Positions 49,180 through 59,717 of a DNA stretch of 64,000 bases are shown piece by piece. Made by a program: the position numbers and the translations under genes. Below the pieces are notes generated by a model that saw only the letters and a program-made list of their open reading frames with translations, made no database searches and was not told the DNA's origin. The DNA is from a virus (lineage: Duplodnaviria > Heunggongvirae > Uroviricota > Caudoviricetes): IMG/VR virus record IMGVR_UViG_3300028833_000001, positions 255,171-319,170 of that record; one strand, given 5' to 3'. Within the stretch, counting starts at the first letter, position 1; every line of letters starts with the position of its first letter.

Positions 49180-52100
49180 ATGGCAAAAACGTATAACGGA
49201 AATATTACAAAGCATACTGATTGGGGCGGGGATGCCTCAACAAGCGGATTACCAGTAAGCGGAAAAATCGTACAGCAATTTATAAAAGATGAACTTGATA
49301 GCAAGATTGGCGCTTTCTACAAACCAGAAGGCAGCACAACAATATATTCGTTTCCAGACGATGAAACTAAAGAAGCTTATATTCTAACTGGAGATGAATC
49401 ACTGATTATTGATAGTTTTGAAACAGTGTCAAAATATAATGTTGTCATCAATCAAGAAGGCCTTGATTTGTCGCATAGTGTTTTAGCTGGTTCTACTGGA
49501 AATACGGTTGAATTTTCTTTTAAGATAGTTGACGATAACAACATGAGTTCTGACGCGTCAGCTAAAATTGAGTTTTCTATTACTGGGTCTGGTATTAATA
49601 ATAAATTCACGACAGAAGTTGCTGTTGCGGCTGGAGAATGGACCGTTGTACGGGAAAATATAGATAAATATTTGAGAACTGGGGCAAATAGTGTGTCAAT
49701 TAAGATTGTAGGTTTGACAACGTTTACAACCACACAATTTATTATGACATATAATTTGTTTGATTTAACTTTTATCCCTAATTTTGAATATCAGACAGTC
49801 AAAACTGGTAACACAATTTCTGTTCCTTATATTATTGCTTGTAGTGATACAAAATACCTGGAATTTTATATTGATGGAGAACAAGTTCATAGTTCAGAAT
49901 CTGAAACAATCACAGATATTAGAAAAGATGGGACTGCGACTTTGAATATATCTAATTTGTCGATAGGCCAACATTCATTGCAGGTTAGAGCGTATGTACG
50001 TTCAGGAGACGGAACGGTTTTTTATACACCGATACATTTTTATACGTTTGCAAAATATGGCGAAACATCCCCGTCGTTTTTGTTTTATAAAGAATTACCA
50101 AATGACAATGCTATTGTTTTAAATAATGAGGTTTTAACCATTACTGGAAACCAGTTTGAAGAAATATCGTTCGATTGGTCTTTATATGATTATCTCGAAA
50201 GAAAAACCACTGTTTATTTTGAATTTAATGGTCTTGTAATCGGTAATACTGTTGTTTTGTCAAATGGTGTGCTAAATTCATTTTCATATAGGCCTATGGA
50301 TTTCGGTACCAATTTGCCTTTGCGTGTATATGCATATAATGAAAATGATGCGTTACTATTCGATTATTTGATTCATGTCAACGTAATTGAAGCCGTTGGC
50401 GGTATTAAGGAAACTAAAGATGGTTTGCTATTAAAATTACAAGCTATAGGAAGAAGAAACACTGATTTGGATAAAGATGTTTGGTCTTGTGTTGGCAGCG
50501 ATGGGCAAACATATAAGGCGACATTTAATGGTTTTGCGTGGAATTCACAACAGGGATGGAATGAAGAACACGAGGCTCTTGTAGTGTCAAACGGGGCCAC
50601 TGTTGATTTTAATATCCAGCCAATGATATCTGACTGGGCAATTAACGGCGGAACATTTGAAATTGATTTAGAAACTTTCGATATTGATGATGATAATGCA
50701 GTAATTTGCGAATGCGCTGATGAAGTTAACGCATCAATGTTCAGAATTACAGCAACAAAAGCTGAAATATCCACAAACCAAGGGGTTTCAATTAATACGA
50801 GATATAAAGATAATGAAAAATTAAAAATATCCTTTATATGTAATAGGTCTGGAAATTTCGATGACGGAAATCTGTTATACATAATGGTTAATGGGGTGTT
50901 GGAACGTGCAGCATTATATCTTGATAGCGACAGTGTAAGGTCGTTGGGTTATTTAAAAATTGGCGACCCAACTGGAAACAGTAAAGTTAGAGTTAAATCG
51001 ATAAGAGTATACAATAGAGCAATTTCAATTGATGAAGCATTTAACAATTATGTTGTTGATTCTCCTAATGTTCAAGAGATTTACGATAAAAATGACGTTT
51101 TAGGCGCTGGAACAACTGAAGTTGGTTTTGATGAGGTAGCTAATAAAATTCCAGTAATGATTTTTACTGGCAATATGGATGATTTAAGGACTAATGGGCA
51201 AGATAAGGAGTGGAGGTATTTTGATGTTGAATATGTTAACAGACAAACACCAGAATTAAATTTTGTTTCATTTAACTGTAGACTAAAATTACAAGGTACA
51301 TCGTCTTTAGGCTATCCTCGTAAAAACTTTAAATTAAGCACTAAAGAGTCTGATTTTACACAGGAAATGTATGAGGCTTCAAATTACGAACTTGACCCTG
51401 ATAGTACTATAGGTAATAAAATGCTTCGTAATAAGAGGACACATGAATTGATTGATTTTGATGATTTTAAGAATGGTGGAACATTACACAATAGCTATTG
51501 TTTTACACTAGATTCAGATGGAAAGGCACTTAAAAAAGGTAAATATAAATTTAAAAAGGGTGCTCATAAAGCAAATAAATGGACATTGAAGGCCGATTTT
51601 ATGGAATCTTCATGCTCACACAATGTCGGAGCTGGTAGAAGTTGGAACGATATCTTTGAAAATACAGAACTATTAGCCAATGGAGATGCTTCTTACACTA
51701 ATCACACATATAGAGATGAGGCATTGGTAAGCAATAGCCCATATTTGAATTACACTAGACAAGACGGTGTTCATTGTTTTATTGAGAACAACACACAAGC
51801 TATTAAAGACCAAAAAAAATATGTTTGTAGGACAGATGCCCAAAAGATTTGTATTGCAAATTTGAGCAATGGAGTTGATGATATTAGAACAGCAATCGAT
51901 GGATTTCCTATGGTTTGTTTTTACAGAACATCACATGCAGCAAACGATTTGGTTTTCATGGGCCAATATAATTTCATTGACGACAAGGGTTCTTATGAGG
52001 TGTTTGGATTTGAAGACATTGAAGACCCAGATGATGATAGTACTATGATTTATGATGCCGATAAAGTTGAATGCTGGGAAGGGTTAAAAAACACTAATCC

Positions 52101-55100
52101 AATTTCATTATTCAAGGTGTCAGACACATTTTACGATACTGTTGATTTGGGTGACGGTAAAACCATATATAAATGGGAAGAAACTTATGAGTCAAGATAT
52201 CCAGACCCAGATGATTATGGTAAACCAGGGAAAAAACAATACAATCCAGAAGCGTTATATGAATTAACCAAATGGCTTGTATCGACCAGACATGAATCCG
52301 ATAATATAAATTCAATCAATAGTTCTAATACCATAACAATTGACAGTTCTTTTGCTGAACGTATTAATGAGTACCAATATGGTTATACACCAGATACAGC
52401 TAGTAATTATATTTATGACAGTGGTACAATGCCAGATACCCCAGAAAACAGACAAAAGAAATTCAACACTGAAAAATGGGAGCATTTTGACGTGTGGAAA
52501 CTTGCTGGGTATTATATATTCTTAATGAGATATGGAGCTGTTGACCAATTTGTTAAAAATACAATGCTGTTTACTGATGGTAACGGAAAATATGATTTAA
52601 GAACTGATAAAAAATATAGGAAATGGTTCTTTATTAACTATGATAATGACTGTTTGTTTGGATTGAGGAATAACGGACAGTTAGCGTTTGATTGGACGCT
52701 TGATAGACAGACAATCGATTCCGCTTCTGATATAATAGTTGACGACCAGGCCGATAATGACGATTCTAATAATGCGTATGCTATGATGGGCCACGATTCT
52801 ACATTGTGGAACAATCTTGAACGCGATGATGAATTTATGAGAATGGTTCGTGATTTGGATTACTCGATGAGTAAATACAAATTAAATTACGATAACATGG
52901 TTACCGAATTTGATACCAACCAAACTGAACGTTGGTGTGAAAGAATTTACAATGCCAACGAAAAATACAAATATATTAACTCAGCAAAGGGTATTGGTGA
53001 TATGAGCGGAAGCCCAGTAAACAACTTGTGGATGCTACAGGGTACGAGAAGGTCACATAGACACTGGTGGATAGCTAACCATTTTAACTTACTTGATGCA
53101 CGTTGGTTGTCAGGAGATTATAAAAATACTTATGTTGAGATTAAAACTAACTGTAAAGCTGGGACCGCGATACATGCAGTCGCTTCAATGAAATATTATT
53201 ACGCTTGGGGTCAACAAAAGAAAATATACGAAAGTAATATGGTGCGCAATGAGGGCGAACCAATCGATTTTATTTTCGATACAGACCAATCACAAGGCGA
53301 CCCAGTATATATTTATGCGTTTAATAAGTTTTCTGAACTTGATTTTTCAGAAATTGCACCGTTAGCGTATGAGGGTTGTTTTAAGTTTGTTCTTGGCGAC
53401 ACATTAGTATCAAACAGCCTTAAAAAGTTAGTACTTGGTAATCCTTCTGTTGTTAATAATGCCGCCCAAGACACAACGACTTGGATTAATTTACCTAATT
53501 TGGAATATCTCGATATAACTAATTGGGCAGGTATTACAAGCGTTCCGTTACATGCATTTAACAATTTAACAGTATTTAAGGCTGGTGGGTCAAGAATTGG
53601 CTCATTTGAGCCTTCTGAAGGTTCTAATTTTTCACAGGTTGTATTGCCGACAACAATTAGACATATTAACTTAAATAACGTTAAATTTGGTAATAATATG
53701 AACCAAAATTTGGAATATACACCAAATACTACGTTAGATAATTTAATTATAAGTAATAATGACGGTGTTGGGTTAAATTATTATAATAAATTAATATTGC
53801 CGTGGATTACCTCAATCGAAAATTCAGTGCAATCAGATTTATTGTATGCAAACAAAACATTATCAATTAACAATGTTGATTGGGTCTTTAATAATATGAA
53901 CTCCGTTCGTATTTTTAAGAACTTCAAGACCAAAGGAATGTCGTTTAATATTACTGGTAGAATTGATTTAACTCGTTGCGGTAATTTATCAATGGAAAAT
54001 ATTGATGAGTTAAAGGAAATTTTTGGTGAAAATTGCTTCAACCCAGTAACCGCTAAACTATATGTACTTACTCCAGAGAGTATTTTTATTCAATCCGATT
54101 CTGACCATATGGTTGCTGGACAAACAGCAATATTTCGTAGGGAAATTTATCCAGACGAAACATCTGTTGACGGTAAATTGCAATCGTTAAGATTTTTATT
54201 GGTTAAGGAAACGGACCAGGATAAATCAGATAACCCAGAAGTTATTGAGGATAATGTAACACAAAAGAGATATTTGGAATTGACTCCAGATGAAATTGAG
54301 GCTAAAAGACATGGATTGACACTGGTTAACAATGCTTTGTTAGCTGATTATGCAACGTTGTATGTGCCAGAAGAGGTGACAGGAGTGGATACTGAGTGTC
54401 TTGTTATGGTATATATGGATTTAACTGGTGGCGGAGAAAAAATAGCTGTAATGAATTTCACGATTAAAGACCCTACTTACGCCACAACAGCAACCATTAA
54501 CGGACAAACATCACAATACCATAACACTGAGTACGTTTATAGTATAGATTTAAGAACGCCAAGCAATAACGTTCCTATTGGAAGTTATACTGTTGAGTGG
54601 AGCCTATCTGGTAACGGTGTACAATACGTAGAATCAAGCGGTATCATAGATGGTAATCAATTAAGGTACAGTATTGTAATTGGAAATGACCAGCCAGAGG
54701 TATCAGAAGAAATGGTTTTACTGGCAAAAGTGTATAACCATAATGGCACGCAAGTCACTAGAACTGTTGAAATTCTCGTACTAAATGAAGAAGTTATTAT
54801 GACGTCGCAAAGCAACCAATTTGTTTTAAGTAGATTAAACGCAGCTGGTTGGACATCTGACCCTTATGCGACTGCAATGAAAAAACAAGAGGCAGAAGCT
54901 GTTACAGTCGAAATGTTTGCCAATGACATGCCGTTTTATCAACAGACGCCAGAAAATGGATTTTCTTTTACAGAATTACAGTATTTTACTGGTTTAACTA
55001 AATTGCCAGATAACGCATTTGCTGGTTCTAATATAAAACATATATCATTGCCATTAACAATGACTGGGCTTGGCATTTCTTGCTTTGAATCATGTTCAAT

Positions 55101-57399
55101 GCTAACTGGAATAACAGAAAACGGTGTGGCTGAATATACTGAAAATGATATTCCGTTTAACGTAATCCATAGTGGTATAACAACAATTTCCGAGGCTTGT
55201 TTTAGAGGTTGTTCAATGCTTAATGATTTAACTTTGGATAATGTTTTAACAATTGAAAATTTTGCATTTGGTAATACTGGATTTAAGGAAGTAAGATTTA
55301 GAAATGACCAAAGAGGCCAAAATATTTTAAGAGTATCAGATAACCTCGAAATGTTTAGGCAAAATGCTTTTGAAGCTGAACGTTGGTCGCAAAACACGAC
55401 ATCAAATAAAATTGAGGTTTTATCTGTACCAAAAGATGCTAGATTTGAAACAAATTATTTATTATATGGTAAAAATTATGTCGAATTCATAACACATGAT
55501 GAAAACATTCGTTATAAGGCGATAGACGGTGTTTTGTGGACGGCAGATGAAACAACATTATTAAGATTTCCTCCAAAAAAACAAACTAGTGGTGATTTGT
55601 ATTATTCATATATACAAAACGTTGGTAATTATGCGTTTTTTGGAACTCAATATGTCAATGATATTACAATAGATTTCACATTAAGTTTAGGCGAAGGAAC
55701 GTTTAGGGATTCTAAATTTAAAAATATTGACATTTCTAATTGTGATGCCGTGTCATTAATACCAATGCATTGTTTTTATGGGTGTACGTTGCTTGAGTCT
55801 ATAGTGTTACCAGATACTGGGGCGCTTAAAGAAATTGGTGTTGGAGCATTCCAAAACTGTTCCACGCTAACTGAAATTAATATACCATCTAGTGTTGAAA
55901 AATTCTTGTATGGAAATTCAGGCAGTTTGACATTTGCTGGATGTTCAAATATAACACACCTGGAATTGCCAGAAAATGCTTCTGTGCTGGGTAGTAACGC
56001 GTTTGATTGGTGTACATCGCTAGAAACATTAGTTCTTCCAGGAATGGTACCGCAATTAACATCGCAAACTAATATAGTGACTAATTGTCAATCATTAACT
56101 GCATTAACAATGCCAATATTCTCATACACGGCAAATTTGAAGTATTTGGTATATAATGAAAATAATGAATTGGTTGGAGAATTTGTTAATATAGAAGACG
56201 CAAATGCCGCTATGGCTGAAGGTTATTCAATGGTTGAGACTGGTGATAATATAATATTAAACACTGAAATTAAATCAGAAACAGGAACTACTGGAGGCTA
56301 TATGATGAATAACACTCCAGAAATTATAAATTTCTATTGTAACGAAAAAGACAATAATCAATTGGTTTATGAGTATGATGGTAATCTTTATAAAAAATTG
56401 TTTGACGAAAACAATAACGAGATTCCGAACGAACATATGTTGTTAAAGGTTGCTTATGGAAAAACAGTGTTTAATCAAAAGAATATTATGCGAGAAGTCG
56501 CTCCATATGCGTTTGACGGATGTAATAAATTAACTTCAATAACGTTGGACGATAATGTAACATATGTCGGCGATAGAGCGTTTGGCGGATGTACGCATAT
56601 TCAAAATATCGTATTTGGAACGAAAATAACAAATATTCCTACTGAGTGTTTTTATGGCTGTACTGAATTGCGGTCAATTACTTTACTTGGTGACATTGTA
56701 AATATAGATTCAATGGCGTTTGCTGCGTGTCCAAATCTTGGTGCGATTTATTTGAATTCTGTTGTATCACCATCTATTTTCACTTTCATTTATTCATCGT
56801 TTATCCAAACTATATTTGGCAGAACTGGAGTACTAGGACCAATTAACCCTAAAACAGGTAGCTATAATATTAATAACTATGTTTATGTTCCATACAATGC
56901 CGAAGGCTATGATAGTGATAATTGGGAATTAGTTAAGGCTAACAATGAGTCTGGTTATAATTTTACTGTACAGACAATGGAATTAAATGGTGATTATAAT
57001 TTTAAGATATATATTGATAATCAAGAAATAGTTGACCCGTCTGCAATTTTTTATGTAAAAAGTGAAAGCGGCAACTTGACATACGACAATGGAAACGCTA
57101 CAGCAAATACTATTTTTAATAGTGACGTTAGTGCACATACGTTAGTTGTTAATAATAATGTTTATAATGGAGAACAATTAACTTTTTATACTGATTACGA
57201 ATGCACAAATAGCATAGGTTCTATTTCTGTTTGGAATGGTAAAAACAATTATGAGGTTGGTGAGCGTATATTATCTCGTTCAACATTTAAGTCTCCAAAA
57301 ATTCTTGGTACAAGTGATGATACCATAGAAATAACAAAACAAGATTATTTGACAATGGTTTCAAAATTAAACTTCTTAATGGAAAAAATTAAAAAATAA
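49180..57399 (+). CDS. Giant tail-associated protein: Ig-like, LamG/ConA-like, CotH-kinase-like and BspA-type LRR domains
   Basis: LamG-like (YIMVNGV, VKSIRVYNRAI); CotH-like (LQGTSSLGYPRKNFKL, LKADFMESS, DQFVKN, YDND); LRR_5-like repeats (xIxxxxFxxCxxL). Confidence 0.75.
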   Translation: MAKTYNGNITKHTDWGGDASTSGLPVSGKIVQQFIKDELDSKIGAFYKPEGSTTIYSFPDDETKEAYILTGDESLIIDSFETVSKYNVVINQEGLDLSHSVLAGSTGNTVEFSFKIVDDNNMSSDASAKIEFSITGSGINNKFTTEVAVAAGEWTVVRENIDKYLRTGANSVSIKIVGLTTFTTTQFIMTYNLFDLTFIPNFEYQTVKTGNTISVPYIIACSDTKYLEFYIDGEQVHSSESETITDIRKDGTATLNISNLSIGQHSLQVRAYVRSGDGTVFYTPIHFYTFAKYGETSPSFLFYKELPNDNAIVLNNEVLTITGNQFEEISFDWSLYDYLERKTTVYFEFNGLVIGNTVVLSNGVLNSFSYRPMDFGTNLPLRVYAYNENDALLFDYLIHVNVIEAVGGIKETKDGLLLKLQAIGRRNTDLDKDVWSCVGSDGQTYKATFNGFAWNSQQGWNEEHEALVVSNGATVDFNIQPMISDWAINGGTFEIDLETFDIDDDNAVICECADEVNASMFRITATKAEISTNQGVSINTRYKDNEKLKISFICNRSGNFDDGNLLYIMVNGVLERAALYLDSDSVRSLGYLKIGDPTGNSKVRVKSIRVYNRAISIDEAFNNYVVDSPNVQEIYDKNDVLGAGTTEVGFDEVANKIPVMIFTGNMDDLRTNGQDKEWRYFDVEYVNRQTPELNFVSFNCRLKLQGTSSLGYPRKNFKLSTKESDFTQEMYEASNYELDPDSTIGNKMLRNKRTHELIDFDDFKNGGTLHNSYCFTLDSDGKALKKGKYKFKKGAHKANKWTLKADFMESSCSHNVGAGRSWNDIFENTELLANGDASYTNHTYRDEALVSNSPYLNYTRQDGVHCFIENNTQAIKDQKKYVCRTDAQKICIANLSNGVDDIRTAIDGFPMVCFYRTSHAANDLVFMGQYNFIDDKGSYEVFGFEDIEDPDDDSTMIYDADKVECWEGLKNTNPISLFKVSDTFYDTVDLGDGKTIYKWEETYESRYPDPDDYGKPGKKQYNPEALYELTKWLVSTRHESDNINSINSSNTITIDSSFAERINEYQYGYTPDTASNYIYDSGTMPDTPENRQKKFNTEKWEHFDVWKLAGYYIFLMRYGAVDQFVKNTMLFTDGNGKYDLRTDKKYRKWFFINYDNDCLFGLRNNGQLAFDWTLDRQTIDSASDIIVDDQADNDDSNNAYAMMGHDSTLWNNLERDDEFMRMVRDLDYSMSKYKLNYDNMVTEFDTNQTERWCERIYNANEKYKYINSAKGIGDMSGSPVNNLWMLQGTRRSHRHWWIANHFNLLDARWLSGDYKNTYVEIKTNCKAGTAIHAVASMKYYYAWGQQKKIYESNMVRNEGEPIDFIFDTDQSQGDPVYIYAFNKFSELDFSEIAPLAYEGCFKFVLGDTLVSNSLKKLVLGNPSVVNNAAQDTTTWINLPNLEYLDITNWAGITSVPLHAFNNLTVFKAGGSRIGSFEPSEGSNFSQVVLPTTIRHINLNNVKFGNNMNQNLEYTPNTTLDNLIISNNDGVGLNYYNKLILPWITSIENSVQSDLLYANKTLSINNVDWVFNNMNSVRIFKNFKTKGMSFNITGRIDLTRCGNLSMENIDELKEIFGENCFNPVTAKLYVLTPESIFIQSDSDHMVAGQTAIFRREIYPDETSVDGKLQSLRFLLVKETDQDKSDNPEVIEDNVTQKRYLELTPDEIEAKRHGLTLVNNALLADYATLYVPEEVTGVDTECLVMVYMDLTGGGEKIAVMNFTIKDPTYATTATINGQTSQYHNTEYVYSIDLRTPSNNVPIGSYTVEWSLSGNGVQYVESSGIIDGNQLRYSIVIGNDQPEVSEEMVLLAKVYNHNGTQVTRTVEILVLNEEVIMTSQSNQFVLSRLNAAGWTSDPYATAMKKQEAEAVTVEMFANDMPFYQQTPENGFSFTELQYFTGLTKLPDNAFAGSNIKHISLPLTMTGLGISCFESCSMLTGITENGVAEYTENDIPFNVIHSGITTISEACFRGCSMLNDLTLDNVLTIENFAFGNTGFKEVRFRNDQRGQNILRVSDNLEMFRQNAFEAERWSQNTTSNKIEVLSVPKDARFETNYLLYGKNYVEFITHDENIRYKAIDGVLWTADETTLLRFPPKKQTSGDLYYSYIQNVGNYAFFGTQYVNDITIDFTLSLGEGTFRDSKFKNIDISNCDAVSLIPMHCFYGCTLLESIVLPDTGALKEIGVGAFQNCSTLTEINIPSSVEKFLYGNSGSLTFAGCSNITHLELPENASVLGSNAFDWCTSLETLVLPGMVPQLTSQTNIVTNCQSLTALTMPIFSYTANLKYLVYNENNELVGEFVNIEDANAAMAEGYSMVETGDNIILNTEIKSETGTTGGYMMNNTPEIINFYCNEKDNNQLVYEYDGNLYKKLFDENNNEIPNEHMLLKVAYGKTVFNQKNIMREVAPYAFDGCNKLTSITLDDNVTYVGDRAFGGCTHIQNIVFGTKITNIPTECFYGCTELRSITLLGDIVNIDSMAFAACPNLGAIYLNSVVSPSIFTFIYSSFIQTIFGRTGVLGPINPKTGSYNINNYVYVPYNAEGYDSDNWELVKANNESGYNFTVQTMELNGDYNFKIYIDNQEIVDPSAIFYVKSESGNLTYDNGNATANTIFNSDVSAHTLVVNNNVYNGEQLTFYTDYECTNSIGSISVWNGKNNYEVGERILSRSTFKSPKILGTSDDTIEITKQDYLTMVSKLNFLMEKIKK

Positions 57400-57423
57400 A
57401 TGTTTTTTTTCAATACTATACAG

Positions 57424-57431
57424 CTATTTAT
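57424..57431 (+). promoter_or_regulatory. Putative late promoter CTATTTAT
   Basis: Starts 43 nt before the fibre ATG. Confidence 0.6.
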
Positions 57432-57466
57432 TGTGTAGAAAATAATAATATAATATATAATTAATA

Positions 57467-59038
57467 ATGGCAAATAGAAAATCTCAACAATTAATCAATT
57501 ATCATAGTCCTGGCCCACTGTCATCACATCAGCCATCGTCAAGTGATGTCCAATATGGCGAAATACTTGTTATACACAACCAAACAGAGCCATTACTAGG
57601 AATAAAAGTAAATTCAGCTGGAACAAATAGCGATTTTGCATGGTTTATTAGTTCAGCAGCAGTTGCGTCTGCTATTGCAACGGTTGATGGTGGCGCTACT
57701 GATGCGTTAAATAAAGTATTAGCATTGTCTGGTTCTGTAACTGGATTTAGCGCTTCAGTTATAAGTACTTACGCTACTAGTTCTAATACTGTTGCAGCTA
57801 TTAACTCTGCAATAGAAGGCTTGGATTCTGGTCCGTTTAATGGCACATCAGCAAAGACAATTACAAAGGTACAGGAAGTTAATGGTAAACTTACAACCGT
57901 AGAATTTAGCCCAATTTTTATTGAACAAAGCCAAGTTAATGGTTTACCAACAATAGCTAGTGATGTAGCGACCAACACTAGCAATATAACTAAACTAACT
58001 ACTGGGCTTAGCGCAACAGTTGTTTCTAGTTATGCCACAAAAAGCCAAGTAAGTGCTCATGTAAATACTGAAATTCAAAAATTAGACGTAAGTAATATTA
58101 GTGGTTTTGGTGCTGGTAAAACATTAAAAACGTTAACAGAAACTGACGGTAAAATTGCGGCAACATTCCAAGATATCGAAATAGCTCAATCTAAAGTAAC
58201 AGGTTTGGAATCTAGATTAAGTGATATTGACGAGACATTGGTGACGCATACAACAAACATCGGAGCAGTTAGCGGGTCGTTAGTTGCATTGTCTTCAAGT
58301 GTTATTACAACATTAAGCACTGTGTACCATGTTATGGGCACAAAGGGAAGTAAATCAGATTTACCAACAACTGGACAGAAAACTGGTGACGTTTGGAACG
58401 TTACAAATGCCGAAGGTACTCCTGGAACTACTGGATATACGCCAGCAGGTACGAACTATGTGTGGGATGGAACTAAATGGGATGCACTTGGAGGTACGGT
58501 TGATTTAACTAATTATGCTACAAGCGCTAATACATATAACGCCATAAAAGCAGTTGCTGATGACTTAAGTGGCCACATTACTGGTAATTTTAAAACTCTT
58601 TCTGGTAATGTATTTACGTTAAGCGGACAAGTTGTGACTAAATATGCTACTAGTGCAAATACTGTCAATGCTATAAACGCAAAAGTTAACGCCTTAGATT
58701 TTGGCCCGTTAAGTGCAGAAACTGTTAGCGGTTTTGTGATTTCAGCAATTAAGCAAGTTGATGGTAAGATAGACGCCGTAAAATCAAAATTAAGAATTGA
58801 TACAAGTCAAATTGATGGCTATAGTGCAGTAACAAGCGATATTGCTAAACTAAGAAGTGATTTGAATGCGGTTTCTGCTGTAACAAAAACAGCTTTACAA
58901 CAATACAAGCTTAATACTATTAGTGGCACTGGTGGAAATATAACTCAACAAAGTGGTGCTAAGGCTACATATGATAATTCAACAAATATAGCTACTTTAG
59001 ATTTAAGTGGTTTGATTATTGATTGTGGTGACTTCTAA
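57467..59038 (+). CDS. Tail/head fibre protein (S/T-rich)
   Basis: VQYGEI N-terminal motif, three LD...DGKI-type modules, GDVWNV...GTNYVWDGTKWDALGG domain, C-terminal IDCGDF. Confidence 0.7.
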   Translation: MANRKSQQLINYHSPGPLSSHQPSSSDVQYGEILVIHNQTEPLLGIKVNSAGTNSDFAWFISSAAVASAIATVDGGATDALNKVLALSGSVTGFSASVISTYATSSNTVAAINSAIEGLDSGPFNGTSAKTITKVQEVNGKLTTVEFSPIFIEQSQVNGLPTIASDVATNTSNITKLTTGLSATVVSSYATKSQVSAHVNTEIQKLDVSNISGFGAGKTLKTLTETDGKIAATFQDIEIAQSKVTGLESRLSDIDETLVTHTTNIGAVSGSLVALSSSVITTLSTVYHVMGTKGSKSDLPTTGQKTGDVWNVTNAEGTPGTTGYTPAGTNYVWDGTKWDALGGTVDLTNYATSANTYNAIKAVADDLSGHITGNFKTLSGNVFTLSGQVVTKYATSANTVNAINAKVNALDFGPLSAETVSGFVISAIKQVDGKIDAVKSKLRIDTSQIDGYSAVTSDIAKLRSDLNAVSAVTKTALQQYKLNTISGTGGNITQQSGAKATYDNSTNIATLDLSGLIIDCGDF

Positions 59039-59071
59039 CAAGAATAATGTATAATCAACCAAAAGTTGAAT

Positions 59072-59110
59072 AAAAAAATTAACGCAGTCTAAACGGCTGC
59101 GTTTTTTTTT
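59072..59110. terminator. Bidirectional intrinsic terminator
   Basis: A7...aacgcagtc/ggctgcgtt...T tract between convergent genes. Confidence 0.85.
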
Positions 59111-59128
59111 ATTGAAATTAATAATGTT

Positions 59129-59629
59129 TTATTTTGTTTTGTTCTTTTTTTTGTCTTTTTTTTCAGCTTTTTTTCGCTCGGCTTCTTTTTTTTTCATTTT
59201 TGTAATTTGTGCCATAGTGTATAGTCCCAATCTTGCAGCGTCAATTGTTGGTTCTTTGAATTTTTCATAAAAACCAAGTGGTACTGAAATCATTGGGCAG
59301 CTAAGAATAACTTTATCTTTTTCTGAGTCATAAGAAATAACTTCCATAGCATTTCTAATCCACATATATTTTGTTTTTTCATCCGCCAATGGATGGCCCA
59401 TAGGGTCAGTACCATTAAAAACTTCTTCATTGCACATAACAAAAATAAGGTTGTCGCGAGCTGATACATATTCAGCAAGTTGGTTTGCCCTAACTACTTT
59501 ACATACTTCTGATAGTTTTTCGGCGCATATTGGTTGTACATCTATGTTATAAGCACTTAAACCTAGCTCATTTGAAATTTCTTTAACAATTTTAACGATA
59601 TCTTCCGTTGCTTCAATAAGTTTACCCAT
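59129..59629 (-). CDS. Hypothetical protein, resembling the putative phage metallopeptidase family but lacking HExxH
   Basis: KVVRAN...NEEVF...ISYDSEKDK pattern (recalled family resemblance); basic C-terminus. Confidence 0.5.
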   Translation of the reverse strand: MGKLIEATEDIVKIVKEISNELGLSAYNIDVQPICAEKLSEVCKVVRANQLAEYVSARDNLIFVMCNEEVFNGTDPMGHPLADEKTKYMWIRNAMEVISYDSEKDKVILSCPMISVPLGFYEKFKEPTIDAARLGLYTMAQITKMKKKEAERKKAEKKDKKKNKTK

Positions 59630-59643
59630 AATTAATAAAGTAA

Positions 59644-59712
59644 TTGAAAATTATTTATATATTTATTATAATATTATGTATTAATAATACATTTTTTTCA
59701 ATCAAAAAACAA
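59644..59712. promoter_or_regulatory. Divergent promoter region: + strand TTGAAA-N17-TATAAT, - strand TTGTTT-N17-TATTAT, 17-bp palindrome
   Basis: + strand promoter 59644-59672; palindrome atgtatta-a-taatacat 59676-59692; - strand promoter 59712-59684. Confidence 0.6.
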
Positions 59713-59717
59713 GGCCG

